Shown here in pieces: positions 10,470 to 21,423 of a stretch of DNA of 64,000 nucleotides. The translations under genes and the position numbers were made by a program. Within the stretch, counting starts at the first letter, position 1; each line of letters begins with the position of its first letter. Origin of the DNA: a virus (lineage: Duplodnaviria; Caudoviricetes). The stretch spans positions 884 through 64,883 of the IMG/VR virus record IMGVR_UViG_3300048123_000029; one strand, given 5' to 3'. The notes below the pieces were generated by a model. That model was given only the letters and a program-made list of their open reading frames with translations, was not told the DNA's origin and did not search any database.

Positions 10470-10665
10470 TATAGGGAAAGACTATAAAAATGACGCCATG
10501 CACTACTCTGTTGGACAGGAAGTGTATGGTGGTCATACTATAGTTAATATTATAGAAGAAGAAGAAAAGTACTCTATCTATATTCAAAAAGGTAAAGATA
10601 TAATACCCTGGAAAGACTTTAATAAAAATATGGCAATAGCCATTGAATACAATATTGATTACTAA
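10447..10665 (+). CDS. Hypothetical protein
   Basis: Probable GTG start at 10447; RKISIGKDYKNDAMHYSVGQ. Confidence 0.55.
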   Translation: MSLLRKISIGKDYKNDAMHYSVGQEVYGGHTIVNIIEEEEKYSIYIQKGKDIIPWKDFNKNMAIAIEYNIDY

Positions 10666-11264
10666 TGAAAGGTATTTTTGATTTTGTTGTAACTCCTAAA
10701 GACGATAGATACAATAATACTAAAACAATAGGCGACAAAAAATTAATATTAAATACAGAATTACAAAACCATAATTTTGTTTCAAGAGTTGGTGTGGTAA
10801 TGGCTGTACCTAGTCATAATCCAACAGGCGTACAAAAAGGAGACGAAGTAATATTACACCACAATGTTTTTAGAAGGTTCAGAGATATTAAAGGTGAAGA
10901 AAAAAATAGCAGGAGTTATTACAAAAATAATTTGTATTTTGTTTCTCCTGATCAGATATTCGCATATAAGCGTATAATAAAGTGGATTCCACTTGAGGGG
11001 TTTAATTTCGTTAAACCAATAAAAGAAGACAAGATGTTTTCTATAAACTTTGAAAAGCCATTAATTGGTATACTTAAGTATAAAGACCCAAGTCTAAAAG
11101 AAGCTAAAGAAGGTGATTTAGTGGGTTTTAAGCCAGGTGCTGAATATGAGTTTTTAATTAACAAAGAAAAATTATATCGTGTTCCAACAAATCTAATTAC
11201 AATTAAATATGAATATCAAGGAAACGAAAAAGAATATAATCCAAGCTGGGCAGCGAGCAGTTGA
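10665..11264 (+). CDS. Tandem GroES-like protein
   Basis: Two GroES-like repeats: FVVTP...GVVMAVP...VQKGDEVIL and FVKP...GILKY...KEGDLVGF. Confidence 0.55.
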   Translation: MKGIFDFVVTPKDDRYNNTKTIGDKKLILNTELQNHNFVSRVGVVMAVPSHNPTGVQKGDEVILHHNVFRRFRDIKGEEKNSRSYYKNNLYFVSPDQIFAYKRIIKWIPLEGFNFVKPIKEDKMFSINFEKPLIGILKYKDPSLKEAKEGDLVGFKPGAEYEFLINKEKLYRVPTNLITIKYEYQGNEKEYNPSWAASS

Positions 11265-11484
11265 GGAATTAATAAAAGTAGCTAAAGAACCTATAGTTGA
11301 TTCAGATGATGATATATCTGCTGATAGGCTTAAGAATGCGGCTGCCACAAAAAAGTTAGCTATATTTGACGCTTTCGAGATATTGTCTCGTATACAAGAT
11401 GAAGAAGCTATATTAGAAAATAAACCTAAAGAAGAAGAGAAAGCAAAAACTTTTTCAGGGTTTGCAGAAAGAAGATCTAAATAA
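11209..11484 (+). CDS. Putative terminase small subunit
   Basis: 91-aa helical protein directly upstream of and coupled to TerL; assignment is by position. Confidence 0.45.
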   Translation: MNIKETKKNIIQAGQRAVEELIKVAKEPIVDSDDDISADRLKNAAATKKLAIFDAFEILSRIQDEEAILENKPKEEEKAKTFSGFAERRSK

Positions 11485-13694
11485 TGTACGAGCAAAATTT
11501 ATACAGAGTAGAGACTCCTATAAAAGCTAATACAATAGCTAGATTAAATAAATCAAAAAAGTGGAAGTACGGTTATAACAAAGAGCATGACATCGTAGTT
11601 ATAAGCAAGACCGGACAAATTGGTGAAATATATAATATTCAAAATTTAAAAATTGCATTACCAAAAACTCCCACTAAAATAGACAAGTCACAGGATAAAT
11701 GGGCTGCAGATGAGTACCCTAAGGAATTAAAACGAATACAAAGCGTTTTTGATTGGCGGGAATATCCAGATGACTTTAAAGAAAAATGGGAACCATATAT
11801 AGATGAACAATTTAAACGCAGAGAAGAAGGCCATTGGTTCAATAATAAAGGTGTGGCTACTTACATTACTGGCACTCACTTTATGTACTTGCAGTGGAGC
11901 AAGATTGACGTTGGGAAGCCAGACTTTAGGGAAGCAAACAGACTATTCTTTATATTCTGGGAAGCTAGTAAAGCCGACTCACGATCTTATGGAATGTGCT
12001 ATCTTAAAAACCGTCGTTCAGGATTTTCATTTATGTCTTCAGCAGAAACCGTTAATTTGGCAACAATTACATCAGATGCACGGTATGGTATCTTGTCAAA
12101 GTCTGGAGCCGATGCTAAGAAGATGTTCACAGATAAGGTTGTACCAATATCCGTTAACTACCCCTTCTTTTTCAAGCCCATCCAAGACGGTATGGATCGC
12201 CCCAAGACCGAGCTTGCCTATAGAATACCAGCCAGTAGACTCACTAGAAAATCCATACAAAATAAACAAGACCAGGAGTTACTTGAAGGATTGGACACAA
12301 CGATCGACTGGAAGAACACGGGTGATAACTCCTACGATGGAGAGAAGCTTAAACTCCTCGTCCACGATGAATCGGGCAAATGGGAAAGGCCTGACAACAT
12401 CCTCAACAACTGGAGGGTTACAAAAACAACATTAAGGCTAGGTAGTAGAGTCATAGGTAAATGTATGATGGGTTCAACCTCAAACGCGTTAGACAAAGGC
12501 GGTGAGAACTTTAAAAAACTTTATAATGACTCAGATGTTACAAAAAGAAACCGCAATGGACAAACTAAGTCAGGATTATATTCTTTGTTCATACCTATGG
12601 AATGGAATTACGAAGGATTCATTGACGATTATGGAATGCCTGTATTCGAAAACCCACCAGAAGATTGCGTTGGACCACACGGAGACGCTATCGAAGTCGG
12701 GGTTATTGAACACTGGGATAATGAGGTCGAAGGATTAAAAGGCGACCAGGATGCTTTAAATGAGTTTTACAGACAGTTCCCGCGTACAGAGGAGCACGCG
12801 TTTCGAGATGAAACTAAAAATAGTATATTTAACTTAGTAAAAATATACGAACAAATAGATTACAACGAAGATTTAAAAAGCACAGGTGTTATTACAACTG
12901 GTAGTTTTAATTGGGAGCATGGTGTTAAAGATTCAAAAGTAATGTTTAGCCCAAACCCTAATGGAAGATTTAAAGTTTCGTGGGTTCCTAAAATTGGATT
13001 GCAAAATAAACAGGTAATTAAAAATGGTATAAAGCATCCAGGCAACGAACACATTGGTGCTTTTGGATGTGATAGTTACGATATATCAGGTACCACAGAC
13101 GGCAGAGGATCAAAAGGAGCGCTACATGGGTTAACGTCTTTTAGTATGGAAGATGCTCCACCTAATTCATTCTTTTTGGAATATGTAGCAAGGCCTCAAA
13201 CCGCTGAAATGTTTTTTGAAGACGTATTAATGGCTTTAGTGTTTTACGGTATGCCATTGCTTTGTGAGAATAATAAACCACGATTGCTTTATTATTTAAA
13301 ACGGAGAGGCTATAGGGGTTACTCTATGAATAGACCTGATAAGTTATATACAAAGCTTTCAGTTGCGGAAAGAGAAATAGGCGGGATACCTAACTCGTCT
13401 GAAGATATTAAGCAAGCGCACGCTGCTGCTATTGAAACTTATATTCAAACACACGTAGGGCTTAAAGCTGATGGCCAATATGGAACAATGTACTTTAATA
13501 ATACATTGAACGATTGGGCTAAGTTTGATATAAATAAAAGAACAAAATTTGATGCGGCTATTAGCTCAGGGTTAGCAATAATGGCATGTAACAGACATCT
13601 GTATAGACCTAACCCAAATGTGCAAAAACCAAAGTTAAACTTAAATATTGCAAAATATAAAAACGCCGGTTCAATATCGGAAATAATAAAATAA
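11484..13694 (+). CDS. terL: Terminase large subunit
   Basis: Walker A-like KNRRSGFS, Walker B LLVHDE, coupling motif GST, nuclease FGCDSYD and C-terminal KFDAAIS. Confidence 0.92.
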   Translation: MYEQNLYRVETPIKANTIARLNKSKKWKYGYNKEHDIVVISKTGQIGEIYNIQNLKIALPKTPTKIDKSQDKWAADEYPKELKRIQSVFDWREYPDDFKEKWEPYIDEQFKRREEGHWFNNKGVATYITGTHFMYLQWSKIDVGKPDFREANRLFFIFWEASKADSRSYGMCYLKNRRSGFSFMSSAETVNLATITSDARYGILSKSGADAKKMFTDKVVPISVNYPFFFKPIQDGMDRPKTELAYRIPASRLTRKSIQNKQDQELLEGLDTTIDWKNTGDNSYDGEKLKLLVHDESGKWERPDNILNNWRVTKTTLRLGSRVIGKCMMGSTSNALDKGGENFKKLYNDSDVTKRNRNGQTKSGLYSLFIPMEWNYEGFIDDYGMPVFENPPEDCVGPHGDAIEVGVIEHWDNEVEGLKGDQDALNEFYRQFPRTEEHAFRDETKNSIFNLVKIYEQIDYNEDLKSTGVITTGSFNWEHGVKDSKVMFSPNPNGRFKVSWVPKIGLQNKQVIKNGIKHPGNEHIGAFGCDSYDISGTTDGRGSKGALHGLTSFSMEDAPPNSFFLEYVARPQTAEMFFEDVLMALVFYGMPLLCENNKPRLLYYLKRRGYRGYSMNRPDKLYTKLSVAEREIGGIPNSSEDIKQAHAAAIETYIQTHVGLKADGQYGTMYFNNTLNDWAKFDINKRTKFDAAISSGLAIMACNRHLYRPNPNVQKPKLNLNIAKYKNAGSISEIIK

Positions 13695-13697
13695 AGT

Positions 13698-16124
13698 ATG
13701 GCTGAGTCAGTTATAAATAGTTTTTTTCCAAGCCAAGTTGCTAGCGACCAAGAAAAAATGTCGGTTAAATATGGCTTAAGAGTTGGTAGGGCGATTCAAG
13801 ACGAATGGTTCAAATCAGATTCTGGTACTAATAGATATAAAAGTAATCAAAATACATTTCATCAATTAAGACTATATTCTAGGGGCGAACAATCAATACA
13901 AAAATATAAAGATGAATTGTCTATTAACGGCGATTTATCATATTTAAATATAGACTGGAAGCCGGTTCCGATTATACCTAAGTTTGTTGACATAGTTGTA
14001 AATGGTATATCTGAAAGAACATTTGATATAAAAGCGTTTTCACAAGATCCTTATGGTGTTTCAAAACGTACAGATTACTTAAACAGTATAGTTAGAGATT
14101 TGCAAACAAAAGAAATAAATGATTTTGCAAAAGAAAACTTTGGTGTTAACTTATATGAAAATCCTCCGGAAATGCTACCGGATTCGCAAGAAGAGTTAGA
14201 CGTACATATGCAGCTTAATTATAAGCAAGCTGTGGAGATAGCGGAGGAGCAAGCTATAAACGTTTTATTAGAAGGAAATAATTACGATTTAACTAAGAAG
14301 CGCGTTGTATATGATTTAACAACAATAGGTATTGGCGCTGTGAAAAACAGATTTTCAAAATCAGAAGGCGTTGTTATTGATTATGTTGACCCTGCTAATT
14401 TAGTATGGTCATATACAGAATCACCTTATTTTGATGATATATATTATTGTGGCGAGGTTAGAAACGTACCTATTAATGAAATTAAAAAGCAATTTCCTGA
14501 TTTAACTGACGAAGATTTAAAAAGAATATCTGAGACAGGTTATCAAAACAATGGCTTTTACGATAGAACAATATCTAATTATAACGAATCGGATTCAAAC
14601 ACAGTTCAAGTATTGTATTTTAATTATAAAACATACATGAATGAGGTTTACAAAATTAAAGAAAGCGCAACTGGCGCTTCTAAAGTTTTGTTACGCGACG
14701 ACACATTTGACCCGCCTGTTGAAGTATTAGAACAACAGTTTGGCAAATTATCTAGGTCTATTGAAGTATTATACGAAGGGGTGTTAGTATTAGGCACTGA
14801 TTATTTATTACAATGGGAACTAGCAAAAAATATGATGCGTCCTAAAAGTGATAGTTCTAAAGTACTTTTAAATTATAGTATTAACGCGCCTAGAATGTAT
14901 AAAGGTAAGATTGAATCTTTAGTAAGCCGTATTACTGGTTTTGCTGATATGATTCAATTAACGCATTTAAAGTTACAGCAAGTAATGTCTCGTATGGTAC
15001 CAGATGGTGTTTATCTTGATGCCGACGGGTTAGCCGAAATAGATTTGGGTAATGGAACAAATTACAATCCGCAGGAAGCATTAAATATGTTTTTCCAAAC
15101 AGGTTCTGTAATTGGTAGATCGTTTACGCAAGACGGCGACATGAATCCAGGTAAAATACCTATTCAAGAAATCACAAGTGGTAGTGGTGGTAATAAGCTA
15201 GGCGCTTTAATAAATACCTACAACTATTACTTGCAAATGATACGTGACGTAACCGGGTTAAACGAAGCAAGAGACGGCAGTATGCCTGATAGCAAAGCTT
15301 TAGTGGGTATACAAAAAATAGCAGCAGCTAATAGCAACACAGCAACAAGACATATAATGCAAGCTGGGTTATATATAACAGCTCATTTAGCTGAATGCTT
15401 ATCATTAAGAGTATCCGATATAATAGAATATTCTCCAGCTAGAGAAGCGTTTATACAAAAAATAGGGGCTCACAATGTAGCTACCCTCTCGGAAATGAGC
15501 AATTTGCATCTATACGATTTTGGTATATTTTTAACACTTATGCCAGATGAAGAAGAAAAACAAATGCTTGAGAATAATATACAAACCGCGTTATCAGCGG
15601 GGTTAATTGATTTAGACGATGCAATCGATATTAGAGAAGTGCAAAATTTAAAACTAGCAAATCAGCTTCTTAAAATAAAACGTAAGAAAAAGCAAGAGCG
15701 TGACCAAGCGATGCAACAACAAAATATACAAGCACAGGCACAAGCAAACGCTCAAGCACAACAAGTTGCTGCGCAAGCTGAGGTTCAAAAGAATCAAGCT
15801 TTAACTGCTCAGAAAGCAGAACTAGAACAACTTAAAGGTCAATTAGACATACAAAAGCTACAAGCTGAGGTAACAGCCAAAAAAGAATTAATGGCGCAAG
15901 AGTTTGAGTATAACCTACAGCTAAAAGGTATGGAAACCGATATATTAAAACAAAGAGAATCTCAAAAAGAAGATCGAAAAGATGATCGTTCAAAAATGGA
16001 AGCTTCTCAACAAAGTGAATTAATTGAGCAAAGAAAAAACAATACACCACCAAAAAACTTCGAATCCGGCGGAAACGATATAATTGGCGGAGGGTTTGAC
16101 TTAGGAACCTTCGAACCTAAGTAA
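13698..16124 (+). CDS. Portal protein
   Basis: 808 aa after TerL; IIPKFVDIVVNG, DVTGLNEARDG; Q-rich coiled-coil barrel at the C-terminus. Confidence 0.88.
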   Translation: MAESVINSFFPSQVASDQEKMSVKYGLRVGRAIQDEWFKSDSGTNRYKSNQNTFHQLRLYSRGEQSIQKYKDELSINGDLSYLNIDWKPVPIIPKFVDIVVNGISERTFDIKAFSQDPYGVSKRTDYLNSIVRDLQTKEINDFAKENFGVNLYENPPEMLPDSQEELDVHMQLNYKQAVEIAEEQAINVLLEGNNYDLTKKRVVYDLTTIGIGAVKNRFSKSEGVVIDYVDPANLVWSYTESPYFDDIYYCGEVRNVPINEIKKQFPDLTDEDLKRISETGYQNNGFYDRTISNYNESDSNTVQVLYFNYKTYMNEVYKIKESATGASKVLLRDDTFDPPVEVLEQQFGKLSRSIEVLYEGVLVLGTDYLLQWELAKNMMRPKSDSSKVLLNYSINAPRMYKGKIESLVSRITGFADMIQLTHLKLQQVMSRMVPDGVYLDADGLAEIDLGNGTNYNPQEALNMFFQTGSVIGRSFTQDGDMNPGKIPIQEITSGSGGNKLGALINTYNYYLQMIRDVTGLNEARDGSMPDSKALVGIQKIAAANSNTATRHIMQAGLYITAHLAECLSLRVSDIIEYSPAREAFIQKIGAHNVATLSEMSNLHLYDFGIFLTLMPDEEEKQMLENNIQTALSAGLIDLDDAIDIREVQNLKLANQLLKIKRKKKQERDQAMQQQNIQAQAQANAQAQQVAAQAEVQKNQALTAQKAELEQLKGQLDIQKLQAEVTAKKELMAQEFEYNLQLKGMETDILKQRESQKEDRKDDRSKMEASQQSELIEQRKNNTPPKNFESGGNDIIGGGFDLGTFEPK

Positions 16125-16157
16125 TAATAGTAATGTATAATTATATAATATTTTATC

Positions 16158-17369
16158 ATGTCAGAAAACCAAGAAGAAGTTCTTGAGGTACAAGAAGATA
16201 CCCAAGATCAAACAACAGCTGAAAAAGAAGTTGTTGAGGAAAAACCTACAGGCCCTGTAACGCAGGACGAAGAAGGTACAATAAAAGTTAACTTATCAGA
16301 TTTAAATAAACCACAAGAAGATGCCGTTCAAGAGCAAAGCTCAGATGACAGCGATGCTGCTGTCGGACAACCCGAAGACGCGACAGACAGCGAAGAAGTG
16401 GTTGAAGAAATACAAGACGCCGAAGAAGAAGTAAGTGTACTTGAAGAAGTAACAGAAGAAGACGAACCTGCACCTACAGTTAAAGAAGCGAAAGAAATTG
16501 TTGAAGAAGCTGTAGCTGAGTCAAATGAAACCGGCATTGAGTTACCGGAAAATATTCAAAAAGTTGTAGACTTTATGAATGAAACAGGGGGTAGCCTTGA
16601 TGATTACGTAAAATTAAATACTGATTATTCTAAATTAAATCAAGGGCAATTAATTCGTGAATTTTATGAAACGACAAAGCCTCATTTAGATAAAGAAGAT
16701 ATTGATATCCTTATGGAAGACTTTTCATATGACGAAGAGTTAGATGAACCCAAGGATATTAGAAAAGCTAAAATAGCCTTTAAAGAAGAAGCTGCTAAAG
16801 CTAAAAAGCATCTTGAAGGTTTAAAATCTAAGTATTACGAAAATATTAAAGCTGGATCTAATTTAACACAGGACCAGCAAAAAGCAGTTGAATTTTTCAA
16901 TCGCTATAATAAAGAAAACGAAGAGGTTACTAAAGTAGCTGAATCGCAAAAGAAAATATTTTTAACTGAAACCGAAAACGTTTTTAATCAGAATTTCAAA
17001 GGTTTTGACTATTCTGTAGGAGACAAGAAGTATAGGTTTAAAATTAAAAATACTGAAGACGTAAAGACAACCCAAAGCGACATTAATAATTTCGTCAAAA
17101 AGTTTTTGAACGATAAAAATGAAATGTCAGACGCTAAGGGTTATCATAAGTCGCTATTTACAGCTATGAATGCTGATGCAATCGCAAACCACTTTTACGA
17201 GCAAGGCAAAGCCGATGCAGTAAAGGATAGCATGTCGAGAACTAAGAATGTTGATATGGACCCGAGACGGGGACACGAAAAAGTAACAACACAAAATGGT
17301 TGGACGATACGCGCGGTCAATAATGATGCAGTAAGCACGAGTAGTTTTAAAGTTAAAAAACGAAAATAA
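16158..17369 (+). CDS. Capsid scaffolding protein
   Basis: Very acidic N-half, located between portal and MCP. Confidence 0.7.
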   Translation: MSENQEEVLEVQEDTQDQTTAEKEVVEEKPTGPVTQDEEGTIKVNLSDLNKPQEDAVQEQSSDDSDAAVGQPEDATDSEEVVEEIQDAEEEVSVLEEVTEEDEPAPTVKEAKEIVEEAVAESNETGIELPENIQKVVDFMNETGGSLDDYVKLNTDYSKLNQGQLIREFYETTKPHLDKEDIDILMEDFSYDEELDEPKDIRKAKIAFKEEAAKAKKHLEGLKSKYYENIKAGSNLTQDQQKAVEFFNRYNKENEEVTKVAESQKKIFLTETENVFNQNFKGFDYSVGDKKYRFKIKNTEDVKTTQSDINNFVKKFLNDKNEMSDAKGYHKSLFTAMNADAIANHFYEQGKADAVKDSMSRTKNVDMDPRRGHEKVTTQNGWTIRAVNNDAVSTSSFKVKKRK

Positions 17370-17392
17370 TTAACCATTAAAAAATTAATAAA

Positions 17393-18805
17393 ATGGCTGG
17401 ATCTTTTACTGGGAGCCCAACGGCTCTCGCACATTTAACCCCACGACCTATTAAGGGATTGTTTGGAGACAACTACCTTTCTGTCGCGGACTTAGACTTC
17501 ACGCAACAATTTTTGCCTGAGGTATATGAGAAGGAAGTAGAACGATATGGAAATCGTACTATTGCTGGATTTTTACGTATGGTAGGCGCTGAAATGCCTA
17601 TGGCTTCTGACGTAATTACTTGGTCAGAACAAGGACGTTTACACATTGCTTATGATGACGTTGAAGTAGCTTCTACTACAACTTTAACATTCCCTGCTGG
17701 TCACTTGATTGGAAAAGGAATGACACTTGTTGTATCTAAAGGCTTCATTACTCAAAAAGCATATGTACAAGACGTAGTTGGACAAACTGTAACTGTTGAC
17801 ACTTACGGCGAGGTTGCTGGTCTTACAATGACTGGTGCTGACGTTAAGGTGTTTGTTTATGGTTCTGAGTACGCTAAAGGAACTGAAAATGCTGGTAACT
17901 CAATTGACGCTTCTTTCACAACCTTCAACAACAAACCAATTATTCTTAGAGATAAGTATAATGTAAATGGTTCTGATGTTGCTCAAATTGGTTGGGTAGA
18001 AGTAACTACTGAGGCTGGAACTTCTGGTTACCTTTGGTACTTAAAGTCTGAGCACGAAGCTCGTATCCGTTTCGAAGATCAACTTGAAATGGCTATGGTC
18101 GAAGCTGAAAAATCTTTAAACATCGATGGCACAGTAAGAAACATTACTGCTGCTGCTGGTTTTGGAGGTGGTACTAACGTAACAGGATCTGAAGGTCTAT
18201 TTGCTGCTCTTGAAGATAGAGGATTAGTTTATACTGATGCTGACTTCAACGCTGCTGGTGGCGCAGGTCTTGCGGACTTTGATACTATTTTAGCTGAGCT
18301 AGATAAGCAAGGATCAATCGAAGAAAACATGCTTTTCTTAGATCGTGGTACTTCACTAGCGATTGACAATATGTTGGCTGCTCAAAATTCTTACGGAGCT
18401 GGCGGTACATCTTACGGTGTATTCGACAATTCAGAAGACATGGCGCTAAACCTTGGATTCTCAGGATTCCGAAGAGGTTCTTACGATTTCTACAAAACTG
18501 ACTGGAAATATCTAAACGATTCTACAACTCGTGGATTAGTTGCAGATGTTGAAGGTGTACTAGTTCCTGCTGGAACTTCTACAGTTTACGATCAGCAACT
18601 CGGAAAGAACATCTCTCGACCATTCCTACACATCCGCTACAGAGCTTCTGAAGCTGATGACCGTAGAATGAAGTCTTGGGTGACTGGATCAGTAGGAGGT
18701 AACTATACTTCTGACGCTGACGAAATGAACGTACACTTCTTATCTGAAAGAGCGTTGTGTGTTCAAGCTGCCAACAACTTCGTATTGTTGAAAGCAACAA
18801 GTTAG
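17393..18805 (+). CDS. Major capsid protein
   Basis: 470 aa, strongly biased codons, follows the scaffold and is followed by a strong hairpin. Confidence 0.85.
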   Translation: MAGSFTGSPTALAHLTPRPIKGLFGDNYLSVADLDFTQQFLPEVYEKEVERYGNRTIAGFLRMVGAEMPMASDVITWSEQGRLHIAYDDVEVASTTTLTFPAGHLIGKGMTLVVSKGFITQKAYVQDVVGQTVTVDTYGEVAGLTMTGADVKVFVYGSEYAKGTENAGNSIDASFTTFNNKPIILRDKYNVNGSDVAQIGWVEVTTEAGTSGYLWYLKSEHEARIRFEDQLEMAMVEAEKSLNIDGTVRNITAAAGFGGGTNVTGSEGLFAALEDRGLVYTDADFNAAGGAGLADFDTILAELDKQGSIEENMLFLDRGTSLAIDNMLAAQNSYGAGGTSYGVFDNSEDMALNLGFSGFRRGSYDFYKTDWKYLNDSTTRGLVADVEGVLVPAGTSTVYDQQLGKNISRPFLHIRYRASEADDRRMKSWVTGSVGGNYTSDADEMNVHFLSERALCVQAANNFVLLKATS

Positions 18806-18812
18806 AAAACCT

Positions 18813-18853
18813 GTAGTAATTACCCTCGTTGAACTGACGGGGGTAGTTATTAC
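18813..18853 (+). terminator. Stem-loop after MCP (terminator or processing site)
   Basis: GTAGTAATTACCCTCGTT-gaact-GACGGGGGTAGTTATTAC. Confidence 0.7.
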
Positions 18854-18882
18854 TCTTATTAACATTTTTATTATATTATATC

Positions 18883-19653
18883 ATGTCAAAAAAGAAAGAA
18901 GCCGAGGTTGTAATTCAATCTTGGGAAGTTAAAGATAGATTATATACGCTTAAAAATAATAAGCGTCCATTAGTATTCACAATACCATCCAAACACAGCG
19001 CAAGAAAACCATTACTTTGGTTTGATGCTGATAAAGGATATCAACGTGAATTAAAATACGCTACAAACCAACCCACTCCGTTTGTTGATGAACAAAAAGG
19101 AACGGCAACGTTAGGGCGTATTGTTTTCAGAAATGGGGCATTAAATGTTCCAAAAGAAAATCAAGTTTTACAAAAGCTATTATCATTGTACCACCCCATG
19201 AAAGACGAAGTGTGGGAAGAGTATAAGCCTCAACAGCAAGCAGCAAGTCAACTAGATTGGATTGAAGCAGAAATTGCAGCGCTTAACTTAGCTAAGACAC
19301 TAGACGTTGAACAAATGGAAGCTATATTAAGAGTACAGTTTGGTACATCAGTTAATCAGTTATCAAGCAGCGAATTAAAAAGAGATGGATTAATATTTGC
19401 AAAAAGAAATCCATTGCTATTTGTTGAGTTAGCTAATGATGATAACGTACAATTAAGAAACTTTGGTATTAAATCTGTAGAAGCAGGTTTGATTAAACTA
19501 TCAGCTGATCAAAGAACATTTACATATGGAGACGGCGATAGAAAGCTTATGACTGTTCCTTTTGATGAAAATCCATACTCTGCATTAGCAGCGTGGTTTA
19601 AAACAGACGAAGGTGTAGAAGTCTATAAGACAATTCAAAAAAGACTTAAATAG
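18883..19653 (+). CDS. Conserved head-region protein of unknown function
   Basis: 256-aa ORF following MCP. Confidence 0.6.
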   Translation: MSKKKEAEVVIQSWEVKDRLYTLKNNKRPLVFTIPSKHSARKPLLWFDADKGYQRELKYATNQPTPFVDEQKGTATLGRIVFRNGALNVPKENQVLQKLLSLYHPMKDEVWEEYKPQQQAASQLDWIEAEIAALNLAKTLDVEQMEAILRVQFGTSVNQLSSSELKRDGLIFAKRNPLLFVELANDDNVQLRNFGIKSVEAGLIKLSADQRTFTYGDGDRKLMTVPFDENPYSALAAWFKTDEGVEVYKTIQKRLK

Positions 19654-19660
19654 TCACTCA

Positions 19661-19697
19661 TAGTGGTCAGGCCATCTTATGGGTGGCCTAATTACTA
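19661..19697 (+). terminator. Intergenic stem-loop
   Basis: TAGTGGTCAGGCCATC-ttatg-GGTGGCCTAATTACTA. Confidence 0.6.
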
Positions 19698-19710
19698 TAA
19701 ATAAAAAAAT

Positions 19711-20496
19711 ATGAGCGTAAGTATAGATACTGTTTATCAAAGAGTATTAGGCATACTCAATAAAGAACAACGAGGGTATGTTACGCCTCAGGAGTTTAAC
19801 CTGTTTGCAAATCAAGCACAATTAGATTTATTTGAACAATATTTTTACGATATAAATCAGTTTGGCAGAACGCCAGGGAATGACACAGAGTATTCCGACA
19901 TGCTCGATATATTAAATAAAAAAATAGCTATATTCGAAACGCAAGATAGCTTAACATACGACGAAACAAATAGCTACTTTCCGTTTCCTACGGATATGTA
20001 CAGACTTGGCACTGTTATATTTACTAATACAACAACTAGGGATCTTTACCCGTCGCCAACTCAGGAAGCAAACTTTCCGGAAAACAACCCTACTATATAC
20101 AGGCAAACTCTTAATGAAGACATTGAAGCGGAGCGTATAAATGGTAATGAATTTTTATATATTAATTCCTCTCCATTAACTAAGCCTAAAAATATTCGAC
20201 CTATATATGTTTCTAAAAACAATACTATTAATGTATACGGCGATACCGAATTAACTTCTGCTGTAAAGTGTAATTATATACGTAAGCCAGCTAAGGTAGA
20301 ATGGAGATATCAAATGGTGTACGGTGAAGCGCTGTATGACGCAACATACTCACAAGACTTTGAGCTGGATCCGTCAGAAGAGACTGAGCTTGTAATAAAA
20401 GTATTAGAGATGGCTGGGTTAGTTGTTAAAGATATTCAAATGTATCAAATAGCAGCAGGTGAAGAAATTAAGAATACACAACAAGAAAAAGCATAA
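19711..20496 (+). CDS. Tail ring/adaptor protein
   Basis: NKEQRGYVTPQEFN, YIRKP; crAss-like position after the head genes. Confidence 0.6.
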   Translation: MSVSIDTVYQRVLGILNKEQRGYVTPQEFNLFANQAQLDLFEQYFYDINQFGRTPGNDTEYSDMLDILNKKIAIFETQDSLTYDETNSYFPFPTDMYRLGTVIFTNTTTRDLYPSPTQEANFPENNPTIYRQTLNEDIEAERINGNEFLYINSSPLTKPKNIRPIYVSKNNTINVYGDTELTSAVKCNYIRKPAKVEWRYQMVYGEALYDATYSQDFELDPSEETELVIKVLEMAGLVVKDIQMYQIAAGEEIKNTQQEKA

Positions 20497-20499
20497 TAG

Positions 20500-21420
20500 A
20501 TGGGTTTACTATATCAAAATAATGAGCAGTACTATTTAGGGCCAGATGGCATATGGAATAGTTACGATGAGAATTACGGTGATTACCAGGCTGTTTCTTT
20601 AAAAGACATTATAAATAACTTTATAATATCTTATGTTGGCGAAGGTAAACTAGTTAGTAAAATTAAAAGAACTGATGTAGCTTTCCACGCACAACGCGGA
20701 TTAGCTGAAATGAGTTTTGATATATTACCATCTTCTAAATGGATTGAAGTAGAGGTTGGACCCACATTATATGTGCCGTTACCTCAAGACTTTGTTGGCT
20801 ATGTAAAAGTTGCAATGACAGATGAATCTGGTATAGAAAGAATATTATACCCCGCAAGAAAAACAGGCGATCCTTTGCCTTATGTTCAAGATAACGAATA
20901 TGAGTATATATTTGACGAGCAGACTCGTGAAATAGTAACAGCAACACCATCAGAAACTTTTAAAAGATTTAGAAGATCAGAAGGACAGGGCAGTACACCT
21001 GACACAGATTTTCAAAATATAAACAATGCCGACCTTATGCGCGGAACATCTGCGGGCCGCAGATACGGTTTAGATCCAGAATATTCGCAAAGTAACGGGG
21101 TATTCTTTATAGACCCTATAAGAGGTGTTATGCACTTTAGTTCAAATTGTGTAAGTCAAATAGTTTCAATAAAATATATATCAGATGGGTTAGCCACTGA
21201 CGAAGAAAGCAAAATACATAAGTTTGCAGAAGAAGCTTTATATAAATATATAGCCTACGCTATAGTTTCAACGCGCCCTGCAATACCAGAGTATATTGTA
21301 CAAAGATATAAAAAAGAGGCAAGAGCATCAAAGCGTAATGCTAAATTAAGGTTATCAAATATTAAGCTAGAAGAACTAACGCAGGTTATGCGAGGTAAGT
21401 CTAAGCAAATAAAACACTAG
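20500..21420 (+). CDS. Tail tubular/ring protein
   Basis: VPLPQDFVGYVKV, a motif typical of ring/adaptor proteins. Confidence 0.6.
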   Translation: MGLLYQNNEQYYLGPDGIWNSYDENYGDYQAVSLKDIINNFIISYVGEGKLVSKIKRTDVAFHAQRGLAEMSFDILPSSKWIEVEVGPTLYVPLPQDFVGYVKVAMTDESGIERILYPARKTGDPLPYVQDNEYEYIFDEQTREIVTATPSETFKRFRRSEGQGSTPDTDFQNINNADLMRGTSAGRRYGLDPEYSQSNGVFFIDPIRGVMHFSSNCVSQIVSIKYISDGLATDEESKIHKFAEEALYKYIAYAIVSTRPAIPEYIVQRYKKEARASKRNAKLRLSNIKLEELTQVMRGKSKQIKH

Positions 21421-21423
21421 AAT

